From a virus, in the IMG/VR virus record IMGVR_UViG_3300046007_007030: a stretch of DNA of 64,000 nt. The stretch is one strand, 5' to 3'. The notes under the pieces are model-generated. The model was not told the origin of the DNA, searched no databases, and saw only the letters and a list, made by a program, of their open reading frames with translations. Positions 7,192-16,618 of the stretch are shown here, piece by piece; the first letter of the stretch is position 1; the number at the start of each line of letters is the position of its first letter. Position numbers and translations under genes: made by a program.

Positions 7192-9534
7192 TTACTGTCT
7201 CAGGCCGATGATCTCGTTGAACGCGACACCTGTCCTGACAGCGATGAAGTTCAGCTGGATGAAGTTGATCGACCTAGCTGGCTTGATGTAGATGTCACCG
7301 ACGAACTCGTTGCGATCGATGATCTCCGGGGTGTTATTGGTCTCGTCGCAGACGACCTTGAAGTCGAAGATACCACGACGACCCTGGACGTCTCTGAGGT
7401 ACGGCTCGACCAAGTTCCTGAACTGCGTTCTGGTGAACGCGTCGTTGAACTCGAAGAGGGTGTACTTAGCGGCCAGCGAGATGGCCTTCTCGAGGACGAT
7501 GAAGAGCCTGCGGACGTTGATGCGATCGAAGGCCGACGGCTTACCGAGTACGGTCTTGTCTCCGTAGAGGAGAGTACCTGCACCCTGGATATTGATGACC
7601 GGGTTGACGTCGCTCTTGTAGAGGCTGTCACGCTCGGCCTGCGAAGGATTGTAGGCCAGCTTGACGACGTTCTTGATGATGCCGCGGTTGTAACCGGCTG
7701 GAGAGAACCACGGGTCGTTGGTGTCGTCAGTGCGAGCGCAGAGACCAGCGATGTCACCGTTCAGAGGCACCCAGCGATACACGTCGTTGTAGCGATCGTA
7801 CATGTACTTGTATCCAGAGTCGATGACTCCGTAAGAACTGCTAGTGATAGCGTTCCTGAATGCCACGACGTCGTCTACTTCCTGGTAGATGTTGTTGATG
7901 ACGGCATCGTAGTTAGGAGACAAGAATGCGACGCAGTCCTTACGGTGCTCGCAGATGTTATCGATGATGTAGTTACCGAGCTGCTGACCACGATCTCCAC
8001 CGCGAGCCTTGCCCTGGAGGACCAGGCTGATGTCTGCCTCGTTGGAGTTCATGAACTGGTCGTATGCGTCGTAGAGTACTGCCTCCTCGACGAAGTCTTC
8101 GTCTAGACCGTCTTTGCCGCCGACGAAGATGTAGGTAGCAGCCTCGGTATTAGTAGAAGAAGCTATCCCAGTAGCATTATTCGATGGAGCGTTGTCTTCG
8201 TCGTTGGCCCACCATACGTACTGAGACCCGTTATTGATCGCGTCCTTGTAGTAGATAGACGATCCCTGTTCGTCTTTTGCTTCTTGGACACGCGACAGGT
8301 TAGCGAAGCGCTCCAGAATCGTGCCAGGTACACCACTGAAGAGACCCTTGTTGTCGACGACTACTGCGTGAAGAGCATCATTTGCAGCTCCATTGGCTGC
8401 ATTAGCATCCTGCGCAAACAGGTTGGCCAACCACTCGGACTGACCAGGAGCCTTGTCGAACGAGCCGAAGTACTCCCAGTAGCGATTGATAGAGCCTTCC
8501 GAGACCGCGGTCTTGATGCGAATCTTATTATTGACCGTCACAGTGAATCTAGCGTCAGACTTAACGATGTAAGTACCGCTATCTGCGCCAGTAGTAGCGC
8601 TGCTAATCACGATGTGAGAGGCGTTCTTAGAAGCGACAGTGGCGCCTGCCGGAATAGAAGTTCCACTGACCGAAGAACCGACTGTGATGTCCGCGATCGG
8701 TCCAGAAGTCACTTCGAGAGAAGTGGAGTTAGTCACGAAGTCGAAGGAGAATGTGGCATTGTAGAACGCAGGAGTTAAGGTGCTCTTCGCGACGACGCGG
8801 AGCATCTGCTTACCCACTACATTATTACCTACCTCGATGAGATCGCCGACCGTCAGATCGGTGTGAAGACTGCTTCCACGAGTGTTAGCCGCAGTGACGT
8901 GAGTCGCATTGGCGTAGTCAACTGGAACTACTTTGATGCTCAGAGTATTGCTGCCAATGGAGCTAGTCATGAGAGAAGCAGCTGAGTTAATAGTCGTAGT
9001 GTTCGAAGCCAGTACGAGCGACTTATACCAGGCATCAGAGCTGTCGCAGACCGAGATCTTGAGAGAGTTGCCCATGGCACCTGGATACTTGGCGATCCAC
9101 TTAAGGTCGGTGTCTGCATCGAAGTCGCCGTTAGCGGTCTTGGCGATGTAGTCCTTCTCATTCAAGACGTTGCGAACGAAGAGGAGGGTACTGTCTAGGT
9201 TTTCAGCGTCGTCATCGACGATAGCTATGGCCGACAGTGTGGCATTGGTGCTATTGGCCGCGCCGTCACCGGTAGTGTTAGCGGCGCGGCTGACGTAGAG
9301 CCTGTTGCCATATGCCAGGAAGCTGGCAGCGGTGAAGAAGGTCTCTGCATTCAAAGAAGTAGGCTTACCGAAGCGAGTGACGAGCTTCTGCTCGTTGTCC
9401 ACTAGGACTCGTTCAGCGATCGGACCCCAACGGAAGACGCCGCCGATAGCACCCTCAGAGGTAGCAACGGCAGGGACGATAGTCGTTAGGTCGATCTCAG
9501 TTACATTTACACCTGGACTGAGTTGAGTTGGCAT
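7192..9534 (-). CDS. gp18: tail sheath protein with inserted domains
   Basis: LSPGVNVTEIDLT N-terminus; WFSPAGYNRG, FDRINVRRLF, FEFNDAFTR, IYIKPARSINFIQLNF. Confidence 0.98.
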   Translation of the reverse strand: MPTQLSPGVNVTEIDLTTIVPAVATSEGAIGGVFRWGPIAERVLVDNEQKLVTRFGKPTSLNAETFFTAASFLAYGNRLYVSRAANTTGDGAANSTNATLSAIAIVDDDAENLDSTLLFVRNVLNEKDYIAKTANGDFDADTDLKWIAKYPGAMGNSLKISVCDSSDAWYKSLVLASNTTTINSAASLMTSSIGSNTLSIKVVPVDYANATHVTAANTRGSSLHTDLTVGDLIEVGNNVVGKQMLRVVAKSTLTPAFYNATFSFDFVTNSTSLEVTSGPIADITVGSSVSGTSIPAGATVASKNASHIVISSATTGADSGTYIVKSDARFTVTVNNKIRIKTAVSEGSINRYWEYFGSFDKAPGQSEWLANLFAQDANAANGAANDALHAVVVDNKGLFSGVPGTILERFANLSRVQEAKDEQGSSIYYKDAINNGSQYVWWANDEDNAPSNNATGIASSTNTEAATYIFVGGKDGLDEDFVEEAVLYDAYDQFMNSNEADISLVLQGKARGGDRGQQLGNYIIDNICEHRKDCVAFLSPNYDAVINNIYQEVDDVVAFRNAITSSSYGVIDSGYKYMYDRYNDVYRWVPLNGDIAGLCARTDDTNDPWFSPAGYNRGIIKNVVKLAYNPSQAERDSLYKSDVNPVINIQGAGTLLYGDKTVLGKPSAFDRINVRRLFIVLEKAISLAAKYTLFEFNDAFTRTQFRNLVEPYLRDVQGRRGIFDFKVVCDETNNTPEIIDRNEFVGDIYIKPARSINFIQLNFIAVRTGVAFNEIIGLRQ

Positions 9535-9578
9535 TATTTGTCTCCCTCTGGGAACGGTTAGTCAGATCGGATCTGAAC

Positions 9579-9586
9579 TATTTATA
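9579..9586 (-). promoter_or_regulatory. T4-type late promoter TATAAATA upstream of gp18
   Basis: Exact match in an intergenic AT-rich tract; followed by a small hairpin (TCAGAT-CCG-ATCTGA). Confidence 0.85.
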
Positions 9587-9601
9587 TTTTTCTCATTTTT
9601 G

Positions 9602-11224
9602 TTAGTTCGGCCAGTTCGTATTGACGTATATAGTGTCGACTATTTCCTCATTAGGAACAGTCTCCTCGTGACCGGTATTTATGAATCCGAAGGGCGTGAG
9701 CTCCTCCTCGATCATGCGAGCGTTCTCGTCGTATACCCCTCGCCTGAAGTCCACGTTAGTCATCTCCTTGTAGTAGGTCTGAGCGGTCAACCAGGCGAAT
9801 AGGACGCAGCACATGACCAAGTCGTCATGACCTTCCTCGGCCTCGTAGGACTTGCCGTTCAAACTGAATCTGGACATCTCTTGAATCAGCTGGTAGTCAT
9901 TGACTATCAGCCTGTCTTGCTCGACCATAGTCTTCAGATTGACGCAGCCGATGGCCTTGACCACCTTGTCGGTCCTGACACCTTGCCTAGTCTTGGTCTG
10001 ACCGGCGAAACCACCGGTGAGCTGTATGCGCTTCTTTATCTGAGCCGTCGTCAAGATTCCGTCATATTCTAGGTCGTAGTGCAGGATGTCCACGATCTGC
10101 TGTCCGGCGTCGTTGACTTCCACGAGGATGCCGGCCCTGTTGTAGTTCATGGCCGCCTCGATGATATACTTAGGATACGCCAGGACTGGTACCTTGTTGT
10201 CGCGGAACGTGGCAACTACCTCGTAGGGCATCTGAGTCACATCGAATACCACGAAGGCCGAGTAGTCTAGGCCGGCGCCGTGGCTGACGTCCACCACGGT
10301 CACATACTGGTGACCAGGCATAGGCCTCTTGTACATCTTGAACGAGGGCGAGGACTCTATCGGCAGCGCATACGACAGGGCCGCCAGCTTATTCGGATCG
10401 ATCAGGGTGGCAGAAGATCCTAGGAATTCGCACCCAAATTCTACTCTAAATTGATCTGGCGAGGTGTTGCGGATCTGCTGCTCGGCCCACTTCTCGTCTC
10501 TGCCAGGCACGTCTGACCAGTGAACCGAGATGCGAGTGTAGTCGTTATGACCGCGCTCTGAGTCGGTCCATATCTTATAGAACATGTTAAGGCCGTTCGG
10601 AGTCGAGGTGATCACGACCTTAGTAGTCGTACCGGACGAGATCGTCGGGTAGACCGAGCTGAAGAACTCTTCTTGAATGTGGCTCGGTACGAACGCGAAC
10701 TCGTCGAGGTAGATGAGGTTCTGAGAAGTACCACGGATAGCGCTCGACGAGGTGGCGGCCGCTAGAACCTTGGATCCATTCTCCAGCTCGATGTTACCCT
10801 TATTCCACTCCACCACTCCCTGCTGTAACCACTTCGGCAGGGCCTCGTAGGACCGCTGGATACGGGACAGGATCTCTCGAGCCTGGGCCATCTTGTTGGC
10901 CAGGATGGCTACCGAGTAGTTCTCCTTGAAGAGGATACACCAGAGGATGAAGGCAGCGGCCGTGGTCGTCTTACCGACCTGACGAGGCATCTTCGCGATG
11001 GTGAATCTGTCATTGACGAAGGAGTCCACCATCTCTTCTTGGAATGGCCAGAGCTCAAATGGTATGAATCCGCGGTCGACGTTAACGATCTTAATGTAGC
11101 TCTTGATGAAGTACGTGTGATCAGCAGCACACTTCAGCCACTCGTCGATCTGTTCTTTCGTATAGGGCATCGGCACCCCGGCTCGCTTGAGCCGAGGGTT
11201 GCCTAAGTACGCGGGTAGCTTCAC
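9602..11224 (-). CDS. gp17: terminase large subunit
   Basis: YLGNPRLK, Walker A MPRQVGKTT, Walker B IYLDEFAFV, ITSTPNGLN, HDDLVM. Confidence 0.98.
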   Translation of the reverse strand: MKLPAYLGNPRLKRAGVPMPYTKEQIDEWLKCAADHTYFIKSYIKIVNVDRGFIPFELWPFQEEMVDSFVNDRFTIAKMPRQVGKTTTAAAFILWCILFKENYSVAILANKMAQAREILSRIQRSYEALPKWLQQGVVEWNKGNIELENGSKVLAAATSSSAIRGTSQNLIYLDEFAFVPSHIQEEFFSSVYPTISSGTTTKVVITSTPNGLNMFYKIWTDSERGHNDYTRISVHWSDVPGRDEKWAEQQIRNTSPDQFRVEFGCEFLGSSATLIDPNKLAALSYALPIESSPSFKMYKRPMPGHQYVTVVDVSHGAGLDYSAFVVFDVTQMPYEVVATFRDNKVPVLAYPKYIIEAAMNYNRAGILVEVNDAGQQIVDILHYDLEYDGILTTAQIKKRIQLTGGFAGQTKTRQGVRTDKVVKAIGCVNLKTMVEQDRLIVNDYQLIQEMSRFSLNGKSYEAEEGHDDLVMCCVLFAWLTAQTYYKEMTNVDFRRGVYDENARMIEEELTPFGFINTGHEETVPNEEIVDTIYVNTNWPN

Positions 11225-11631
11225 TCTTCACTCTTCTTCTGTAGCATGGCCTGGAGCTCAGCCGTGGAGCCCACGAACAGGTTGTTCGTGACCTGCTGCT
11301 TGGTCTCTTCTTCTTTCTTAGGCTGGAGCTCGCGCTTCTTCTTGGTGAGATCGAGGAGGTCCTTATTAGTCTCGGCCATAGTCTTGATCAGATTGGCCAC
11401 GACTTCGTAAGCCCTGGGATGCTGACTCTGGTCGGCGATGTCCATCAGTCTGGCTATGGCCTCCTGGCCCTGGCCGATGATGTCGTACATGTTCCTGCGG
11501 GCGTACTCGAAGTCGTTCTCGACTTGATCTTCCGACTGGTGAACTACTATCTCAGTCTTGGCAGGAGTAGGCTCCTGTTGGATCTCTTTCAGAGGTGTGA
11601 GATTGAGAGCATTAGCGATGGGGTCATTCAC
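11221..11631 (-). CDS. gp16: terminase small subunit
   Basis: DFEYARRNM, HPRAYEV, VTNNLFVGSTAELQAML. Start re-placed at GTG 11631 (GTGA overlap with the gp15 stop, AAGGA upstream). Confidence 0.9.
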   Translation of the reverse strand: MNDPIANALNLTPLKEIQQEPTPAKTEIVVHQSEDQVENDFEYARRNMYDIIGQGQEAIARLMDIADQSQHPRAYEVVANLIKTMAETNKDLLDLTKKKRELQPKKEEETKQQVTNNLFVGSTAELQAMLQKKSEE

Positions 11632-12479
11632 GGTTGGTCCTTTCCGGCCGGATACGAGAAGCGTTCGAATGCGAAGTCGTAGTCGTCTGTCCAACTGATC
11701 TCAGAGTAGTCTACTGACTCTGCTACGTTGGACGTCGGCTCTCCGTTGGCTCTCATTCCTGGTTGTACTGTGATAGTCTCGGCCACGAAGTAACTCGCCG
11801 TGTCGCCGATAGCAGTGTTGGTGTCTTGAGCGAGCTTGAACTTGATGTTCGTCTCGGCCTTCTTGATGATCTTGCTCTTGCGGGTCGGTCCGTAGAGGTA
11901 TCCCTTCATCGTGAACTTGAGAGTCCAGACGAGAGCCCTGCGATCAGTGAAGTTGCCTTCCCACGTGTCGCTGACTTGCACGTCATTGAGCAGGGTAGGC
12001 ACGTCGATCACGATCTCCGGATCGTCGATGATCCTGATAGTAGCAGTCCAGTCCGGCGTGAAGAACGGCAGGATCTGCTCCATGATCTTCGCGCCATCCT
12101 CGGCGTTCTTGACTGCGCAGCTCAGCGTGAAGTTCAAGTTGTATGGCACTGGGTTGTAGTTGTACCTGGCCAGATTCTTGTTAGAGTCTGTGTTGACGAT
12201 CTGATTGATCGTGTTGAGCTTACGCGTAGTGTCGTACTGCACCGAGTTCAACTCGAAACTCATGTAGGGGACGAACAGCGCGAACGGCTTGTTGAGATTC
12301 GGATCTTCGTTGATACGAGCGATGGCCTTGTCTTTAGGACCATACGTGATCGGTACCTTGATGAGCTTGACCATGTTGCCGGCGGCGTCGTACCTGCGAA
12401 TGTAGATGTCGTTGAACATCGTACCGAACAGGATGATGTAGCGCCTTATAGAGCCGTGATACCAAGTCTGTCCAAACAT
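11628..12479 (-). CDS. gp15: tail sheath stabiliser / tail terminator
   Basis: YHGSIRRYIILFGTMFNDI, VPITYGPKDK, PVPYNLNFTL, EQILPFFTP, WTLKFTMKGYLYGP. Confidence 0.95.
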   Translation of the reverse strand: MFGQTWYHGSIRRYIILFGTMFNDIYIRRYDAAGNMVKLIKVPITYGPKDKAIARINEDPNLNKPFALFVPYMSFELNSVQYDTTRKLNTINQIVNTDSNKNLARYNYNPVPYNLNFTLSCAVKNAEDGAKIMEQILPFFTPDWTATIRIIDDPEIVIDVPTLLNDVQVSDTWEGNFTDRRALVWTLKFTMKGYLYGPTRKSKIIKKAETNIKFKLAQDTNTAIGDTASYFVAETITVQPGMRANGEPTSNVAESVDYSEISWTDDYDFAFERFSYPAGKDQP

Positions 12480-13183
12480 TAGTTAGTTCCTATTTTCTGA
12501 AGATCACGTAGGCGTTTCTTTTCAGAGATCTTCTTCCTGATCTCTTCACCGCGCGGACCAGAATACAGTGCCCTCTGTGCTTCTCTCATCTTGGCTTTCG
12601 TCTCTTCACTTCTCTTTGACCCTATGTTAGAGTCGTTGTTTCTTTTTCCGGACGTGTAGTCGGCGCTGATCGCTCTTCCGATATTTGCAGAGTGCTCTTC
12701 ACTGAGCTTTCTACCAGACAGCGACTCTGAAATCTTCTTCTTTACGTCTTCTGTTTTAGACTTCTTAGCGGATGGGTTCGGCCTACCTTTACCAGATAAT
12801 GAGATTTTCTTTCTTATCTCTTCAGAATCTGATCGCTTTGTCCAGTGGTTAGCCTTGACTTTATCAGATACTGACTTGATGCTCTCATCGTACTTGTGCC
12901 AGACTTCATTTGTAGTTATTTTGATATTGTAATATCTGACCTTGATTTCTTCTGGTTTTATCATATCGAGCCAGCGCTGCTCTTCTATGTATGTACTCTT
13001 TCGATCTTGAATATTTGACTTTAAGATCTTGCGTCGGAAATCTTCTGGTCTGTGCTTATAAGCCTGTTTCATCCAAGAAGAGCTGCAAACATATCCATCA
13101 TCTTCTCTACCCCAATGACATCCGACATAGTATCTCTTGTGCTTTCTGTCGTACCAGAGGTAGACGAAACCGTACTTATGCAT
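12479..13183 (-). mobile_element. freestanding GIY-YIG (Seg-like) homing endonuclease with NUMOD3-type repeats
   Basis: GFVYLW...YYVGCHWG...DGYVCSS; repeated SEE(H/T)xxKI(S/G) motifs; lower GC; inserted between gp14 and gp15. Confidence 0.85.
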
Positions 13184-13235
13184 ATCTTACTCCATAGAAT
13201 CAATTGTCCTATAGTATATATGCAAAGTATATCTT

Positions 13236-13967
13236 CTACCAGCGCCTTCCTTCAGCAAACGGGTCGATCTCAGTGAAGTCCAGGAACGTGTTGCCCTGCT
13301 GCTGGAACATGTCTCCGTCGTCGAGCAAGTCGTTCTTCTGAGCGTACTCCTCGAATAGGATAGGCAAGCCTTCGGTCTCGTCGACGAGGATGTCTCCAGC
13401 TTCTGTCGTGAGACCGGCGTTAGTGAAGTCGAACTCGTACTTCTTCGTGAGGATGTCTATCTCTGGGATGCCAGTGGAAAAAGTCTCTCCGCTGTACTCG
13501 AAGAGCTCACAGATCACGTCGAAGGTCTGTAGCGAGCCGAGCTGATAGAAGATGGCCTCGTGCTCCACGAACATGATCTTGAAGATCTTCTTATTGAGTG
13601 GGAAGTATATGAGGTCGCCTTCGTATGGACGTGTAGTTCCCTCATTAGATCCGACCTCGTCTGAGAAGATGCGACGCGCCATAGTGAATGTGACGCGATC
13701 GCGGATCTCGACGCCGAACTTAGACAGGAAGTCGCCATCGCCCTGGAACCCGTCCACGTTCTTGATGTAGAGCTCGATCGGATAAGCGCGGTCGTAGAAA
13801 GATGCGGCGTCTTCAGTGTACACCTGATCGAGACCGCCGTAGCGACGCGGCAGGTAGTGCATGTCCTGACCGTAGATCTTGATCGACTCGATGATCAAGT
13901 CCTCGATTACGCCCTGCTCGTTACTAGCCTGGAAGTTATTGAAGTAGAAGTTTGTACCGGTACCCAT
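13236..13967 (-). CDS. gp14: neck protein
   Basis: EDLIIESIKIYGQDMHYLPR, FLSKFGVEIRD, RPYEGDLIYFP, FYQLG, CELFEYS. Confidence 0.95.
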   Translation of the reverse strand: MGTGTNFYFNNFQASNEQGVIEDLIIESIKIYGQDMHYLPRRYGGLDQVYTEDAASFYDRAYPIELYIKNVDGFQGDGDFLSKFGVEIRDRVTFTMARRIFSDEVGSNEGTTRPYEGDLIYFPLNKKIFKIMFVEHEAIFYQLGSLQTFDVICELFEYSGETFSTGIPEIDILTKKYEFDFTNAGLTTEAGDILVDETEGLPILFEEYAQKNDLLDDGDMFQQQGNTFLDFTEIDPFAEGRRW

Positions 13968-13976
13968 GGCGGCTCC

Positions 13977-14963
13977 TTAGCCGTACATGTCGAGTACTGG
14001 GAGCGAGTAGCTGCTGATCATCTCAGCCTCTAGCTTGTCTATCTCTTCAGCTGCCTCGTCGTATATCTGTTGCCCGTTGAATGTGATGCCGCCCGGTAGT
14101 TGCATACCCGAGAACTTCTTGAGATTGACACCCCACTGCTTCTTGATGAGTGAAGTAGCGTATCGCGACAACCATCGATCTCCCCACGCGTCCCTGTACT
14201 CTTCAGGATCGATGACTCGGTAGCACTCTATGAGGATGAACCTGCCGGTAGGCAGCTTGCTCCAGTCGGTGTCGATGTACATCTTGTCGGTGTGACGATT
14301 GAACCTGACCGGCTGCTGACCTACTAGGAGCTGCTGAATGAGAGCTAAGTGCTCCATCGCCATGTAGTACGGAGTCAGCTGCACGCTGGTCAGAGTGTAC
14401 AGATCGTTCAGGGCTATCTGGTAGCGGATGTTGAAGATGTCGTTGACCGAGAGAGACGGGTCGCCGATCGGGAAGATGCCAATCACGCCCATGACGTTCT
14501 CAGGCAGCTTGATGTAACCACCCTTGTAACCACGAAGGTCTGCACCTGAGCCGCCAGTCGTTGTGATCGTGACACTAGGGTCCAGCGTATAGAGAGCACC
14601 GTTATTCGCTATGGTCACGGATACGATGCCGCCGCTGCTGTTAGTAGTCAAAGTGGCGGTGGCACCGGTTCCAGTCGTATCACTCGTATTGGCAGTGATG
14701 ACTATCGTATCGGAGTTAGAGTAGCCAATACCGCCATTGGCGATAGTGATCTCCTTGATGGCGTCCCTGCGGTCGCCATCTTGGATCATGTACTTGTAGT
14801 ACAATCTCTCAGAGCCATCGAAGTGATAGTCCCAGTAGTACTTCAGCGCCTCGTCGATGCGGTCGTCCACCTGATCGTCGTCGACGTTGATCTCGATCAC
14901 GGGCTTGCCCAGCTTACGCAGGCAGTACTCCTTGAACTCGGCTTTGGTGGTTGGCGTAGACAT
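13977..14963 (-). CDS. gp13: neck protein with an inserted beta domain
   Basis: YCLRKLGKPVIEINVDDDQVDDRIDEAL, KKQWGVNLKKFSGMQLPGGITFNGQQIY. Confidence 0.95.
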   Translation of the reverse strand: MSTPTTKAEFKEYCLRKLGKPVIEINVDDDQVDDRIDEALKYYWDYHFDGSERLYYKYMIQDGDRRDAIKEITIANGGIGYSNSDTIVITANTSDTTGTGATATLTTNSSGGIVSVTIANNGALYTLDPSVTITTTGGSGADLRGYKGGYIKLPENVMGVIGIFPIGDPSLSVNDIFNIRYQIALNDLYTLTSVQLTPYYMAMEHLALIQQLLVGQQPVRFNRHTDKMYIDTDWSKLPTGRFILIECYRVIDPEEYRDAWGDRWLSRYATSLIKKQWGVNLKKFSGMQLPGGITFNGQQIYDEAAEEIDKLEAEMISSYSLPVLDMYG

Positions 14964-14986
14964 CTATGTTCTCCAGTTCTTCCCTA

Positions 14987-14994
14987 TATTTATA
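14987..14994 (-). promoter_or_regulatory. T4-type late promoter TATAAATA upstream of gp13
   Basis: Exact match, intergenic, followed by an SD-like GGAG. Confidence 0.85.
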
Positions 14995-15005
14995 GGTCAG
15001 GAGAG

Positions 15006-15518
15006 TTACTTTTTCTTTTCTGCAGTAGAGACTGTAGTGACGACTCTTCCATGAGTCATGCCACCGTAGCCGGTCTTCTCCAGTATTCTAGAACCGAACC
15101 AGAAGCCCATGACGGCGCCGAATAGAGACATCGTGTCTTGATCCCAGACGGCCTTGAGCATCTCGGTCATCGAGGCTCCTTGCTTGATCATGACACTTAC
15201 GACTGCAATCTTGATGGCGATGAATGCGAAGAAGAAGATGTAGGTTATAACAGGGCGAATAGAAGCGCGTAGTGCGTTAATAAACTTTCCACCATCAACG
15301 TTATTATCATAAGATCGAACAGATTTTGCGTCTTCAACGTCCGCCTTAGCGTCTTCAATAGCGATCTGGACTTGAGCATTCTGTACCGCGGCCTCCATCT
15401 GCAATTTGATAGTCTCTACCTGGAACTTGAGTTCCTGCTTGCGCTCGAAGATTCGAACTATAGCAGGCAGGAGGCTTCCCAGTATACCTAGAAATGGTGA
15501 CAGTAGCGTGATCAACAT
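15006..15518 (-). CDS. holin-like membrane protein (3TM/GTA-holin-like)
   Basis: Hydrophobic N-terminus, coiled coil, RASIRPVITY + TM helix, GFWFGSR..EK; close to the endolysin. Confidence 0.6.
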   Translation of the reverse strand: MLITLLSPFLGILGSLLPAIVRIFERKQELKFQVETIKLQMEAAVQNAQVQIAIEDAKADVEDAKSVRSYDNNVDGGKFINALRASIRPVITYIFFFAFIAIKIAVVSVMIKQGASMTEMLKAVWDQDTMSLFGAVMGFWFGSRILEKTGYGGMTHGRVVTTVSTAEKKK

Positions 15519-15527
15519 CTTGTCTCC

Positions 15528-15935
15528 TCAATAACCTGTAGCTCTTCTGATTCTCGGGAGCAGCGAGGCCACGAAGCCTCCAGTCTCCTTGGCGGCTTTG
15601 ACAGGTGCTATTAGTCCCGGAGCCGCCGCGACCGCCACAGTGCCGGCAACGTCTCCTAACACGGAAGCACCGGGCTCATCCTTCTCGCCCTTGGCCAGCT
15701 TCTGCTTCTCTTGTTCTAGCTCTTTATTGTAGTTAGTCTTCCTACCGAGAGCCTTCTTGATTACGGTGTCGGCTCCGGCTCGGACGTACTTATAAGTACC
15801 CAGAGAAGCCTTGTCAGCGAAGTTCCTACCGAACGTGGATACACTCTTCATCGAAGGAACGTAGTCCTTCCAGCCCTCTTCGAGCTCGTCGTCCATCTCT
15901 TCTTGGAGCTGTCTAAATTCTTTGAAAGTCAGCAT
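15528..15935 (-). CDS. putative internal/ejected virion protein
   Basis: MLTFKEF start resembles the T4 IPI capsid targeting sequence; LQEE and ELEE cleavage-like sites; Gly/Ala hydrophobic segment. Confidence 0.5.
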   Translation of the reverse strand: MLTFKEFRQLQEEMDDELEEGWKDYVPSMKSVSTFGRNFADKASLGTYKYVRAGADTVIKKALGRKTNYNKELEQEKQKLAKGEKDEPGASVLGDVAGTVAVAAAPGLIAPVKAAKETGGFVASLLPRIRRATGY

Positions 15936-15958
15936 CTACTTTTCCTTCGGCTTCGGTG

Positions 15959-16618
15959 CTACCTGTTTATCGTTTCACCGGGTTTCAGTCTTCTTGCTCT
16001 CTTCAAGAACCCTGGATTTTTCTTTTCTAGGTCATCGAGCGTCATGCCGAGTGACTTTGCAATCTTCGTCGGGTTATCGCCAGACTTTATCTTGTATGAA
16101 CCACCAGAAGACGCCTTTTGATTTTCTGCTGGAGCGAGCCTCGTCTTCTTCGATGCCGGATAACCAGACTGCGGAGCTACGAGAGAACCGACTTTTGGTT
16201 TCTCAGCTGGTTCTTTTTTCTGCATAGCCGGTGGAGTATTGATCTTTCGCGTTATGTTCGCGAGTTTGACTTTAGTATCAGTCGCCATTCCTGTTTTTGC
16301 TGAACGAGTATCGGGATAAGATACCGCTCTCATTTTCTTACCGGACTGATCGTATCCTTTTTTAGCCAGCTCTCTACCTACGGCATCATCTTTACCTGTC
16401 ATGGGTTTGTCTGGTGATACCCTATACGACTTGACTTTAGGATCGGCAAACGGTGAATTTGCGCCGGTAGTATCTACGGACTTATTTGGATTCTCTTGAG
16501 GTGGGACTATACCTTTCGAAAGAAGTTTCATCTTAGTGTCATCACCGAATTGCTTTTTTGGTGCTACGTCGGGGAAGATACGACTTGCTTCTGCGACAAA
16601 CTTCTTGAACGTCTTCAT
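15959..16618 (-). CDS. LysM-domain protein with a capsid-targeting-like N-terminus
   Basis: MKTFKKFVAE start; C-terminal YKIKSGDNPTKIAKSLGMTLDDLEKKNP...LKPGETI is a LysM pattern. Confidence 0.8.
   Translation of the reverse strand: MKTFKKFVAEASRIFPDVAPKKQFGDDTKMKLLSKGIVPPQENPNKSVDTTGANSPFADPKVKSYRVSPDKPMTGKDDAVGRELAKKGYDQSGKKMRAVSYPDTRSAKTGMATDTKVKLANITRKINTPPAMQKKEPAEKPKVGSLVAPQSGYPASKKTRLAPAENQKASSGGSYKIKSGDNPTKIAKSLGMTLDDLEKKNPGFLKRARRLKPGETINR

Noticed and set aside
4909-11224. Introns or inteins in portal, sheath or terminase
   Set aside because: The ORFs are continuous; portal and terminase are of normal length, and the sheath's extra length is beta-rich insert without intein motifs.
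11632-11694. N-terminal extensions given by the ORF track for gp16 (also gp5 to 55128 and the chaperone to 26344)
   Set aside because: They overlap upstream genes extensively; downstream starts with stop-start coupling or an SD fit better.
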